A stretch of DNA of 59,775 nucleotides, filler included, from Catajapyx aquilonaris (GCA_000934665.2; 2 parts of 2 records of this genome joined end to end with filler, not necessarily neighbours in it), one strand, 5' to 3'; positions 22,705 to 35,900 are shown, counted from the whole stretch's first letter. Program-made: numbers and translations. Notes: generated from the sequence alone by a model not told the origin.

Positions 22705-23890
22705 CTCCATCAGCTAAACATTTCTTGTCTCCAAGGGTGTTCCGTACAAGTTTCAGCATATGACAGGGGTCAAGATACACATTTTATTTGCTGACGGGAT
22801 GAGGAAATGATGTAATCAGGGCACGTGGTGTGTCAAAGTTACATCCTAGGTTCCGAGCCATGGTAAAGTTGGACGAAAGGCCATCAAGCGTGAGTGCAAC
22901 AACACGAACTCCAGTGTTTTGAATCAGTCCCAAGCCGTTTTTAACAAGATTTTCTAGTGCAACCCCAGACAATCCATCAATAATTAAGAAATACCCCACC
23001 GGGATCTTCCAACTGCCATTGATGGCAACCAGCATGAATGTCATCGCTTCTTTTGCAAGTGGAAGGCTGTCATCTGTCATCCCAATTCCCATGGCTATAT
23101 ATAGCCAAAATATCTTTTCCCATCATATTCTAAACGCTGCCTAGTAGCCATCTCGCCCATTAGCAGTGTACAAAGTATGTCATGGCCACCTTCTTCTTTG
23201 GCTTTCTTAGACATTGCCTGTAAAAACCTTATACTCTCAGCAGTAAATCCTGGACCACCATCTGTGCTTTCATACCATCTGACAATGGTCCGCGGGTGTG
23301 GCAGGCATGTGTCGAATGTTTTGCTTACGTACCTGTAATGATAATGATACTTATTTCTCTCTTCAGGATTTAATTGGAGAAAGAAAAAACGTACCTGTAA
23401 GCCTGGGGTGAATAGAAATGCAATGTCATTGCAAATGCACGGATCTGGGAGGCATATCTAGTAGGGTTTGGGTGTCCATGGATCTTATTAAGTTGCCGCT
23501 TTAATATGAATCCTGGAGCTCCTATTAGAGTGTCCTTTAGGAGATGGATGTGATCTTCACCCATTAAGCTGTTCTTTTTCAGGTCACCAACGACATCTTT
23601 TAAGTTTTAACGTAGCATTTCTTTTGCTCAAGCGTCGCTTACTTTGCAGCAACAGTTTCACCTTCTTTTTAGCTGACATCAGCTGCTGTTGTGCATTCTC
23701 CAACTTGCGCTTCAACTCCTCCTTCCTGGGTGAAGGATTAAGGTGGTTCCTATAGCGTGCACTTGTAAACAATATGCAGAAACATTGTCTCACCTTTGCA
23801 TGAAAGGCCTTGGTGTAGGCGGCTTTCGTTTCTTTCCCTCTTTCTGTAAGTGCTTCGGGAATGATGGGAAAATGGTAGGCACTACCCGCA
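22705..23890 (-). pseudogene. P-element/THAP9-like transposase pseudogene with retained intron
   Basis: THAP tail VVPTIFPSFPKHL; RYASQIRAFAMTLHFYSPQAYR, intron 23394-23333, then YVSKTF..LPHPRTI.RW..PGF; LLMGEM; FMLVAINGSWKIPVGYF; VVALTLDG..NFTM; DPCHMLKLVRNTL. Confidence 0.92.
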
Positions 23891-24179
23891 TCTCCACTAT
23901 CGCTAGTATTCTCAAGTTATCTGTGATTGACAAGTCCGAAATTAGGTCCGGTATGGAGACCCCGTTGCCATTCCATACTGTGCACTCGCTATATCCACAA
24001 TTGAGGTTCCGTTTGGAAGGGCGCTTTTTCTTCGTAACATAGAGCTGTCGTTGTAACAAAACATACAGTATATACATCAGCAGACCAAGTTTAATATACA
24101 ATATTACAACCTGTTATAACATATAGAAGAATTATTACATTATGTGGACATAATTAATATGCACTGTACTTACTTTCAT

Positions 24180-24920
24180 AATGCACCTGAATTGTGCATT
24201 GCGTCCTGAGCTGAGGTCATCTGATATAAAGCTCAAAGTGATAGCTTCCACTGATAAATAAGAAGCATACTTTGCAGTCTTTTCAGCGTCTTCTCCATTT
24301 CCATCATGGATGCTTGGAACGTTACTTCACACTGAGCAGCGAGCTACAATAATAATATATATTTCAAAAATGGCAGTAAGATGTCAATGAGATCATGTTA
24401 ATATAATTGTGTATGTTACACTTACACCTTTCTTCATGCATAAGATATGATGGAAGTTGTCTGCTTATTCGCAAGGACAACTTCCTCTCATCATGGGTGA
24501 TTGCCAACAACTTCTTTAAATGCTTTTTCTCGACGGATTCGACACTCCTGCTTCTGTCAATAATATCACATGTGTATGTTACATATTACAATGGCGCCAT
24601 TTAATTACGTGATAAACCGAAATGAAAACAGTGCATGTATACAGTATAACTCCTGTTGTGTGAATGTTGTCAGTTTTCATAGTATAATATCGGAAGCCCA
24701 TATAGCATGTGCAGATTCATAAATGTGTACAGAAAGTACAGAATATTATGGTTATACTATACCTCCAGCTCTTTTATGGCATCCTCTACACGAAGTACTT
24801 CCTCTTTATCTTCTTCTATTGTATTTGACAGAATGTCCTGATCTTCATGTGTTGCCTCCTTCTTCTTGTTCTTCCGGAACTTTTTCATGCGCCGCATAGC
24901 TGAGAGACATTTCATAAAAT
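24180..24920 (-). pseudogene. Possible multi-exon SAMD3-like accessory gene remnant
   Basis: Short minus-strand segments bounded by GT donors: MRRMKKFRKNKK..EDAIKELE, then KKLLAITHDERK. Weak similarity only. Confidence 0.3.
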
Positions 24921-25229
24921 ACGTCTGAGATTTTTTTTTCGCTAATTGCACAATTATTAAAATATTCCAAGCATAAACTGTGTCATAAATGATGCCCCCA
25001 CAGCAGGATGTACACTGGATCTGCTATAAGCTGTGTGGAATTTACAGAAATACATTGTGGCAATTATAATGCCTCAATCCTTCAGTCGACGGAGACACAG
25101 GAGAATGACCTTTCAGCACCTGCGCTGGATACCGGAATCGTCAGGACTATTCGCACCAACCTACATAATACAGAATGATACAACACAAGTGACTCAAATT
25201 AAACTGAAGTACAAGTGGGGAAAAACAAT

Positions 25230-25480
25230 ACCAACCTGTGCAATTTGTGGAAGGCATTGCGATAGTGAGTTTCGACTCCACAAGAATGCTACTCCGCCAG
25301 GGGTCTAATGAGTGCCATGTCCAATAATTTGTCACCTATTGGAGACAGGGCACTGATGCCTTTGTAAATGGCATTGTTATCCAGAAATAACCTGTCGAGT
25401 TATTTTATTATGGAAGTTAATATCTTGCAGAACAGGTTCTCCCTGAAGTCCTCACGAGATGATATTATGGGTTTATGGAG
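25230..25480 (-). pseudogene. hAT transposase C-terminal fragment
   Basis: DFRENLFCKILTSIIK*LDRLF..NAIYKGISALSP..LLD..IRPLAE. Confidence 0.55.
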
Positions 25481-25762
25481 TTGCACACTCGTGTCAACAA
25501 CATATCCTCCTGAGACCCGAGCCTGTACTGCTGAGTGTTTTGAATAGTGTCACCGATATTATGCAAGAGAACGAGCCTAGGGATTATAATAAAATTAAAA
25601 TTTCCAACCTCCATTGTTAGAATTGTTGCACGAGCATGTCCATTTGGATGGACACGGGGACTCAAGCACTTCACATTTACTCGACAATACCACTTCACAT
25701 AAATAACTTCACTTTGCACACCATTTTTTATCCCAGTTTAGGCCTACATTACGTCTTCAGTA

Positions 25763-26190
25763 CTAGTGTTTATCTCCCTTTTGATACTTCAAGAAACAGT
25801 TCCTTTCTGGCCAGACACATAGAAACATGTAGCATTCGCAACGACGAATTTTTGGTTTTTTTGAGCACCCATCCATTCTACACCTTGTACTCTCAGTTAC
25901 CATCTCAGGGAGGTGCTGTCCACGACTCAGCCGGGCCTTGGTGGGCTTCGGTGTCACTTTTCTCCTCTTCAGATTCTGTTCTTCATCTGATTCTTCAGAT
26001 GTACTATCCGGCTGGCTTGCTATAGGAGCTGTACCGCAAGGACCATCTTAAAATCCAAGAATTGCATTGCAGTGACCTGGTGTGCCTTATTGGCATCTTC
26101 ACGATATTCGATCCATGAATTTGCAGCTGCTTAGACCATCATGTGAAAAGTGACCATAACGGTCCACTTCTTCGTTCTCTGGTTCATACG
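25763..26190 (-). pseudogene. piggyBac (PGBD2/3-like) transposase C-terminal fragment
   Basis: RTKKW..H..ANSWIEYR..LDFKMVLA; HLPEM..RCRMDGC..C.C.MFLC..RNCFLKY (cysteine-rich tail). Confidence 0.85.
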
Positions 26191-26214
26191 ATACATATTA
26201 CTTATGTAACTGCG

Positions 26215-29200
26215 CACTGTGAAAAAATCTTCCGTAAAATTACGGTACAATGTACTGGCAACTTTGCGACCAGCACACTTTCCGTAAATCTACGGACTCT
26301 CCGTACCACACCAAAATTGCTTCCGTACTTCTACGGAAAGGGACAACGGATGTTTTACGGAAAGTGTTCCGTAATGTAACGGAAACCCCCTCTCAGGATT
26401 TAATGTTGAGCAAGCACCTGTCAGGATAAATACAATTTAAAAAACAGGCTTCCCAATATGTTGACCAGCATTGCAGTGGAAAAGGTAACCTACCTCTGAA
26501 TAAATTCCAGAGTTGCTGAGGCCTCGATGACAGTTTTTACTCCCTTCATTTCAGTACCTGCCACCTAAAACAGAAAAAAGGAAATGAATACTCTGAATAC
26601 TGAAGTAGCAGTAGGGAAGTCTACCTGAGCAAGAGGCATTGTCAGATATCCAATGGTGCAGTGGGAGATTTCTCCCTAGCTTGTACGCATATAATGGATG
26701 GTAGTCCATTACATCAGCGAGCTGCACACACTGGTATTGTTTCCATGCCAATGCCTCTGTCAGTCGGTACATGCCCAAGTCCGTCAGTTCTGAGTGGAAC
26801 AATTGCACAAGCAATACAACCGTCTCGTGTCCCACGACAAACATCTGGTGCAGCTTGGCAAATATAATTCCTCTCTCCTCCCTCACCATCGCAAAATATT
26901 GGCCAACCTTATAGAAAGTGCCCTTGAATCTAAGTTGGCTGCATGCGACAGACCCTTGCAAGTTAATACTAGCGGACTTCACTGCATCTTGTAAGTCTGC
27001 CGACACGAAGCTCACATCTTCCCCAAAATCTGACCTGATTATTACCAGTGGGTGCGTTTTCCTTGACTCATTCATGCATGCCTGCCATTTTTGGTGCTCC
27101 TGTGCGCACGTTTTCACAATGTTAATATAATTGCGCCCCGCCCTTGCTGTAGACTTGAGATATGAATGCTTGGACTCCATTCGCAAGGTCCACACCCAGG
27201 AAACAATCTTGTCGTCAAAATGACGTCAATATTTGGTCAGCTAAGACCGGATAAGACGTCATTATCCCGTCATGAGAGGACGTGATAAATTCGTCATTAT
27301 GTCACGAATTCGACGTCATTTTGGGCGTGAAAATGACGTGGTTTTAAGACGTGCTTTTAGACGTTAAAATGGCGTACTTTTAAGACGTCATTACTTGACC
27401 TAAAGATGACGAATCTTAAAATTTCATATTCCAAATATTGCAGGAAAGGTCAGTAGATCATAACTGCAGAGGTGAATTAAATGGGGTACTTGAAATTACA
27501 TCCGAAACACTGCATTTACATTGAACAACAACTGTCTTCATTCCAATTATTTCCTACATGAATATAAAAATGTACAGTTAGGCAAGTACAATCATTTTGA
27601 AATAGGTTCTCTCAGAAGATGTATGTATTATTTTGTGTAATTTATTATATTTATGTTATGCCCATGAGAATAAATGTGCCACTGAGAGAACCTATATTTC
27701 AAGGACTATGGTACTGTTCATATAAAAATACAGGTAATTGTTGCAGCTTGAACGATGTGTCCCTATTACATTCTGCAATTGGAGATGTTCTCAATGCCAA
27801 TAAAACATAAACGTGATATACAGTGCATATAATTATGTATATCAGGTTGTGTGTATTAGCGGAATTGAGAGAGTGATCACTACGTTTGTGTGAAAATGGT
27901 ACAAGCATACACTTTGCCTTGATCTGATCGGCAACTATCAGTCATGGCACTGACAACGAAAATGCCCACTTTCGATGAATCTCTTGGATATGTGTACAGA
28001 TTTTCATATTTTTTGAATTTAGTGCATACAATGACTGGTTCGCACTCCTCTTCCAGTAGTATCATGTTTTGTACCACAGCGACTGTATTGTCCTTTAGCA
28101 TGCACACTGCGTCCGCACTTCGATACCTATATGTTGTAAACACGCACTTGTTCCTCCTAGATTCCATCTTCTTAAACTCTTTCCCTACAACTGAGGACGG
28201 TTTTGGTCCTGCATGATGTTCGAGAGTACTGTGAAATGTTTCACCTCCTGTCACATTTTCTGTACTACCTGCCCCAATGGGTTTTTTTTTGGAGACTTCA
28301 CCATGTCTTTAAATGTCCCTAAATAGTTCTCGAAGGAAAACGCGGAAAAATTGTTGAGACTTCCATACTTCTCACAGTCTCCCTCTCACAGTCATTACTC
28401 AGGTGGCTTAACATATGCATGTTGTAAGTGAGGCAATCCCTGCCATAGATGAGCTCCGAGTGGCGTACAAAGGTCTTTTAAGTACCTATCTGCTCGATGG
28501 CACTCTGCCACAGACACTGTTCCTGACATCAGCAAAGTCACACTATAATGTAACAATAGGAAGTGTTCATATATTCCAATGTCTACTATGTTTCTTAAAA
28601 CAACTGGCCCTGTGTACAGCAGAAATGTTCTGAATTCTGTGGCCTTCCACAATGCCAATTCATTGATTTCTCGTGGCTTTCGGTTGAATTCTATAGGCAT
28701 GGAATGGCACAACCCTAAGAGCTTTCTTGATAACTCATCCACCCTTGCAGAAGGCAACCTTATCCTTCAATGGCTCCGTCGCCAGTCCACAACTTCAAAA
28801 GCCTGCGCATAACTCCTAAACATACACAGTGCATGTAGTCTACAGGAAAGTCGGTGACCATGCCAAATCCTAACCTAGTCAAAGGTGACACGCCAGTGTG
28901 ATGGTCATCATCGGCCTGACGCCTGAAATCATCATCACTCCTAGCTGGTGCTGTCAAGCCTGGTAGTATTACTCGATTCTTGAAATATTCACCATATTCT
29001 GTGCACTTAAAACAGGATGAACAGCCACTATGTGATTTCACACACTTAACATATGCAACAGCTGGAGCATCGCATACAAAGGAATGAACCCTGACCTGGA
29101 AAACTTTTTCTCCAAACACCAAACCTGAATTCAACAATTTTTCCAGTTCGTGAACCAAATCCTCCAAATATTCAGATAGGGGGGTAGGCTTCTGCTTGCC

Positions 29201-29740
29201 ACAGTAAATGCCAAGTGCAGTCCTGCACTTCTTTCAATGCAGCCAATATAGGCCAGAACTGTTTCCTGGTACTCTGAAACAATGGTAGCCCATCAATGTT
29301 AAAGGAAATGTGACTTGTGGGTGGTGTGTTGGGTAAACTGACGTCATTCAGACGTCATTCAGACATCATTCTTCCGTCGTAGACATGACGTGATTGTAAG
29401 GTCAGTAAATACGTCATTAAGACGTCGTTCGCTCGTCCTGGACATGACGTGATTGTAAGGTCAGTAAATTGACGCCATTGAGACGTCATTATATCGTCAT
29501 CGACGTCATTTTGACCAATATGATTAAATAATGACGTCATTATGACGACACCATGTTTCCTGGGCAGTGAAACTAAAGGTCCAAATTTTTGTATGAGGTC
29601 AGAATAGTGTAACATGTAATGGTGTTTAGGTTTCAGTTTTTTTGTGGGAAAATGATCTTGCCTGATTTGGAGATACTCGATTACCAAGTACTGCAAAAAG
29701 ACAGCTTCGTGGTCACTAAAAAGTGGGCAGCAAGCATACG
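26215..29740 (-). mobile_element. CMC/EnSpm element with CACTG terminus, transposase split by a nested insertion
   Basis: Terminus CACTGTGAAAAAA at 26215 with TCCGTA/TACGG subterminal repeats to ~26385; transposase KPKHHYMLHY..FGPLVSL (29565+) continues as WTLRMESKHSY (27194-26551). Confidence 0.85.
27195..29564 (-). mobile_element. Nested 2370-bp CMC/EnSpm-type element with CCCAG TIRs, 2-bp TSD and decayed transposase
   Basis: TIRs CCCAGGAAACA...TGTTTCCTGGG; TSD CA at 27193-27194 and 29565-29566; GACGTC-rich subterminal repeats. Transposase motifs FNIDGLPLF..FWPIL, FVCDAPA, DYMHCVCLGVMRRLL, EFNRKPR..WKATEFR, FSFENYLG (27880-29320). Confidence 0.92.
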
Positions 29741-29844
29741 AGGGGCAGTCATAAAGTTCTTACAATCACCGAGAAAGAAGAGAGTCACGGGCTAGTGCAG
29801 CTATTGTGTGGTAGGTCCTTTTCCACATATGCGCCATGCAAGGT

Positions 29845-29944
29845 NNNNNNNNNNNNNNNNNNNNNNNNNNNNNNNNNNNNNNNNNNNNTTAATTAATTAA
29901 NNNNNNNNNNNNNNNNNNNNNNNNNNNNNNNNNNNNNNNNNNNN
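29845..29944. other. Artificial contig linker / assembly gap
   Basis: 44 N + TTAATTAATTAA (stops in all six frames) + 44 N = exactly 100 bp. Confidence 0.95.
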
Positions 29945-32900
29945 TAAGTGTGAGTCACACCAGGGTAACCTTAACGATTCACTATAGTTACAGATAATGC
30001 ATGGAGACAAAACAAACATAATCAACATAAATATAACAACACTGCTCCATGCATTACATACATTACAATCACAAACAACATAATTAACAACAATGCTCCA
30101 TACATTACACAATGTAACACATTCAGGTGCAATTTCTTTTACCAGTTCAGGTTCCATGTCAAAATATATTTCAGAAGCCGAAATTTGGGTTCTTTCTGAT
30201 TCCAACGACGTATCACACATTGCCAACAAGTCATTTTCAATTTTTGTCCCAGATGTTTACTTTTACGTGGAATTGCTCTGCTGCGTACAGGACAACTACA
30301 GTGTCGGAAGGTCCCCTGTCCCTCTTTATTTAGCTAAAGGAGGAGTCAAGCGAAAATTGCTTCCATTAGCCCATCAGCTGCAGGCCCTCCCTGTAATCAA
30401 GCGCGAGCCCAAGGCTAGGGCCCTTCCTGATGATGCAACAAATGGGGCAGTAACTTGTCCACTTCTCTTGTCTGCCCCCGCCATAGTCTACGTCTGACGG
30501 TGAAGCCTCCGCCGCTCCTCGACACCCTCTCCTCGACGGTGGTGGAGGGAAGGGGGGCAAAAAAGGAAGACTGTTAAAACTTGGCTTCAAACTACCGAGC
30601 CAGCAGACCCCCCCCTCTCTGCCCATTTAGGCGGCTGCAGGGATGGAGGGAAAAGCGCAAGTAAATTTCCGCTGCCCTTTTCTACCGCACCAGATGTTCC
30701 TTTTTCAAAGTCTCCCCGCATCATTTGCACAGAATTCGGCAACCCTCTCCTGACTAGTTAGGTCCAGAAACTTGCCCTATTATCTCAGACGAGCTTAGTT
30801 TGACAGCCCCAGACACTAATAACAGAGATGCTGCTCTGGTGGCCAACAGACAATTATGCAAACCAGTTATTATAACGGTCCCTTTCTAAACGCTATTTTG
30901 GAGATCATTTGCAACGCATTTTCGTAACGGCTATCGCAAAAGCTGGTTGAAAAAAGCGGTGTTATCCTATAGCCACCGCAGCATGATAAAAACTGACAAG
31001 TTGCATTACCGGCATTAAAAGTTGGGCCATCCCCGCTACTTTTGAAAACCAGCGAATGTCCGCCGGTAATGAAGAATAAGTAGGAAGCCAGTAAACCAGG
31101 GTAATGTCGCCATCCCCTGAAATCACTGACGGCTTGTGCGTGTGTAGGATGGGGAGTTGGGGAGGTTGCGAGGGAGGTTGGGGGAGGTTGGGGAGACGTC
31201 CGTGACACCCGCCATTTTTATGGATTCACTCTATGTGAGAGTTGGCAGTCCAGTCACCCGCCTCGCCATCGGAATCTATGGAAAGAGCAGGTGGTGAAAA
31301 GTAGAGCTGAAAGCAAGGGGTAAGGGCGGGTATTAGCCGCCAAACTTTTCCGACCTATAATCCTACCCTCCCCCTCTTCAAGTTCCCTCTAAAAGTAACA
31401 TAAAAAGGAAAACTAGGGAAAAGAAACGCCCCCCACCCTCTCACGGAAGAAATGAGAGAAGTTGAGGACTCCGTGCACCACCTAAACTTGAATCTAGGAA
31501 AAAGGCTCAGGAAAATTTTTGCTAATCTTATCGCGCTTGAACGACTTAACACTACGTCTCAGCTGCCATATTAAACATTGCTCTGGGGGGGGGGCTGTCA
31601 TATAAGAAAGAAATAAAAATCGTTAAAAGGTATAACTAGCGCTATTTACTGATATGCACACGTGGCCTTCCCTCAAATAAATAATGGCGAAAATTGCTTT
31701 TCTCGGCCCCGGCCTGGTACATTTCATGCCTCCGCTCCATTATTTCCCTAGCTTAATACCAAGGAAAAGCATAATAACTCACGCTTAGCATGATGTAGCG
31801 ATGTCTCGTTTGGATAATACAATTTGGCCTAATTGCGTTTGCCTTGGGCTTCCAAAATTTGTGCAAAATAACTTGGACGCGTCTGTAATTTAATAAAACT
31901 ACTGCGGGTTATTAGTCAACAACAGCGTTCTATCTCCTTTTTTTTAGTCGACGTTTGGAGTGCGCTCTGGTTCAATCTGGGGTCGGGTTTTTGGTTGCAA
32001 ATATTTACAATCATTCCATATATTGTTCATGGTAAATAGAGCGATGTGGCCGGCAATGCGGTGACGAATATTTCAATCTAAATTGATTACGTTGTTGCAG
32101 CCAGCCATCCGAATTGGAGAGACAACGCACATTACTGGAATGAATTGTTATTATAACTTCATTTTGTTTGCCAAATGCGTTTGCACTTTTTTTGTTGTTC
32201 ATCCATTGTGATACTGTTTGACCTCAGAATGTAATATGGGCACATGTGATATTTAAGTGCAGCACGCCATTAAATCAGTTGCAAAAATACAGTGCATCCG
32301 ACCTTAAAGTAGACAGTAACGAGGGTGACAGCTTATCGGAAAATACTTCAATTATTATTACAGCGACCTCTAAGTTTGACTAACATGTCAACCGCAGCTT
32401 GATCCGCTCTTAATATACGGGCTTTCAATAGCAGCTTCTCTCTTCTGCTCAAATTATGTCCTCAGTTTTTACCCACACACTTTCACTCAATAATGTGAAC
32501 CTTGAATTAATAATATTGAATCCGGACACTAAAGTGAAGCTTTTATTTTATTTTATTCCTGTCCCGAAAGGATATGACAAAATTAACCAATTCGGAAACA
32601 AACACGACCAGAGCAGCAATAAAAAGAGCTGACCAACCCTCCCTGAAGAACCGTGTGTTTCGTCCCTTATTTTTACCCGCACGCAACTATTAAGGTCCAA
32701 TTAAGGAGCCCTTAATCAGACCCCCATCCAAGTAGTGGCCGCAGCAATAGAGCCATTATCCTGTATATTGAATCCGCTTCGTCAGCTGCCACTTTCCTGA
32801 CATGACGCGGGGCCAAGCCAAAACACACACATTTCGATGCAGTCATGTCCACATCGATCCTGCAATTTTTTTGTGTGTCCGCCAAAATGTTCATTCATGT

Positions 32901-35900
32901 GAAGCCCCCATTTGGTGGCTGGTAGTAACAACTTCCTCAACTCCACGTAACCCTCCCTATCTCAGGAGACATCTATGTAATTAAGTGTCTGACATGGGGT
33001 TGTTGTAAGATTCCAAGCTTGGCCTCCCGAAAACGAGGCCGCTTCCTTTTTCCTCTTCCTTTTCCGGAAGTCTAGGAGAAAAGACCCCCGTTTTCCAACC
33101 CCCAGCTAGCTAAGTGCCACTAGTTCCACTCACAATAAAACCAGATGGGCCGTTGCAGAGGCCGCCCACTTACAAGGTTCTTGATATACCTGTCTTCCTT
33201 TCCCCCGGATGCAGTTTTGGACCCCCCCTTTTTCTTAGGACTCGTCCCAAAAACTGGAACTTTGTCCTGGTGCAGTTTCTCGTTATCTGCGAGTCTCGAA
33301 AGGGAGCTGCGTTTCTTCGAGAGCTTGGGAACTTTCGGTATGAAAAATATGTTCTGCGGAAAGTTTTGTAGGTGTTCATTACGCGCTCGCTGCAGGGTAT
33401 ACGGTACGTGCACGGCTCGAATATACACTGACAAAGTCCCCAGTTTAACATAAGGCAGATAAGTCACGGATAATTCGCTCCATAAACCATATTTTTTTTC
33501 TCTCTAAATAACGGAGTCTGTAACTTCTGCATAGCATACTTTGCATGTTTTTGAGCTGATTTGATTATTTTAACACTTATTTTAGTTTTAGGCTAATAAT
33601 ATTAAGTCTGTAAAATTGAGGAATTCGGCCTTGCCTTGACTGGATACAAACTTCGAGCTTAAGACACTATATTATTTTACACTGGCGTTAGAGCCCAATC
33701 GTTGAACACATTTTGCAGCTAGAAAGGATCCTTCTTGTTCACCCTAATATTTTTGACAGTCAATAAAATGAACAATTCCAGATTGTATACGTACCAGCAG
33801 CTTAGTGCAGAAAAATCTCGCACTAAAACGGGCATTAAACATGTATTCGCCAGATTCCGATTATAGTACTCCGTGTACAATATATTGGTGAAATAATGTA
33901 CGAAACATGATCCATAACTGGCACCAATAGCGTGTGGCCTATTAAATAATTATGTCCACTGCTTTTTTTCGAACCCTATTAACGAGTAAGCGAAACACAA
34001 CAAGGATGGCCACGGGTCTACCTGTGGGTGGCAACAACGGGCGGCAAAAACAAATCGATCAAACGCTTGACGTGCGAAATCGACACTACGGGAAATCACA
34101 AACAACATACTATCCGCATTGCCAGTGGATACACCACCTGCAACTTGTTTCCCAGTGCACCTGTATGACCTATACATTAATTTCTGTCGCCCAAATTCAC
34201 AACCGCGAAAACACTGTAATTCGCACAATGGAGAGAGGCTTACGTGAAAAATCGCACTTTACACCCGGAAAACAAAGCGAGTGTGTCAATCTAATGCTGA
34301 GAATTACAATGCGCCGGTATACCCGCGTACACGTGGCATTAAAAGCTTACCATGGTTGTTTACAAAAGAGCGCGCACGAGCCGGAAACGCAACCCGGATT
34401 TTTGTACGGGTCGTAAACATACACCGACAAATACTCGGCGCATTTGAAAATGTTATGAAGCAAAGTTCAACGACATTCATGCCCAAGTCCACCCTACAAA
34501 ATCGAAGCATTTTTTAATTTCTAATGTCGAAACACGCTGTTTCTAAAAAAAATCATCCAACCGGACTTTAACTTACAGTTTAACAGGTCGATATACTAAG
34601 TTAATCTGCAGTTTACATGCCCCAGTCAATCTTATACAGTGCCCTGCAACCAAACTCTTTTCCGATCTTAGCTTCGACTCAACATCTTTACGCCGAGAGC
34701 ACTTTATGAAGCCGGCTGTTGTCGCCCCAACTGGTACAATTCCGACCCTATTTTCTTGGGGCTCGCCTTGAACCTTCAGCCCCCTTTTTTTCTCCTCCAC
34801 AGCCCGAGAGAGGATAGAGTAAAGGCAAAACCCTTGGCAAACATCTCCATCTAAATGAGGTCCGCCGGGTGATTGGAACATGCGCAGGTATTCGGGTCGA
34901 GAGAGATACGACCAGAGTTTGAAGCCGACCAAGATGGCATCCGGGTCGTATATACCTCTCCATTGGCCACAGAGTGGCTGCCGTTTTCGATGAAAATTCC
35001 AGTGTGCGGACACGCTCGTCCGACCAATGGCGGAATTCGGTCTCGTTAATACCTGCTTTCAACCCCTGCTGCCATCACATCCTTGCTGATGATGACGATC
35101 CGACGTTAGGCAATGAAGACGTCAACAAAATTCCAGCTTTGTTCAGCCTGCCTCCATTACAGACACAGATCACATGACCAACAAGGTCGGTGCAGTCACC
35201 CGTCAAATTAACAACAAACCAAACAAATGGCCTGTAATTCACTTCATGAGCACACCTCCTTTTAAAAAACCAGCCTCCGGATCATTTACTTGGTTGACAA
35301 TTCGCTGTCCGGGCCGTGACAAATGGTCCGGACCGGGCATAAGATTGGGTCAGGCTGGACAGGCATGACAATGGACACGTCAAGCTAGAGGAGTAACCAC
35401 TGAGAGAGTATGGGGGGGACACGTCTCCAGGAGGACAAAGTGGCTCCATTTTTTGGGAGAAGGTCGCATCCAGATTGATTGAGATCCCAGATTTTTTTTT
35501 GTTCTCTCGCCCCTTTTGTGCCCTCATAGTTTCGCAGAAAAAAGAGCTTAGGTGAGCCTTATTCTCTCTTTTTTGCGAAAAAGGGGAGTAGAAATGAGAC
35601 ACCCTTTTGGGGCTTAAAAATGCAAATCTACTCCGCTAAAAGTTTGAGCCAGAGAGAGAGAAAGTTTTTCGCAAATGTCTTAAGCCATCTGCTTCACGTT
35701 CTTGCAGAAGGAAAGCTTTACCTTGAGCGAAACTCTGTAAAAGGGGCGGGGTAATTTGAAGTAATAAAAAGGATTAGCATTTTGAGGAAGGATGATTTTG
35801 TCGTTCAAAAGCCCCTGAAACAAGAATTTAAGTGGCGCGGGCAGAAGGAAACCCTCCCCCCCTCCCAGTTTCCTCTCGAAAAGTCGCGAAAAACGTGTGC

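Noticed and set aside
29889..29900. TTAATTAATTAA as a biological motif or TTAA target site
   Set aside because: It is centred in an exact 100-bp N spacer and is an assembly linker.
33251..34420. Two weak inverted-repeat pairs (about 33251-33445 and 34160-34420) as MITEs
   Set aside because: Short, highly mismatched arms and no TSD.
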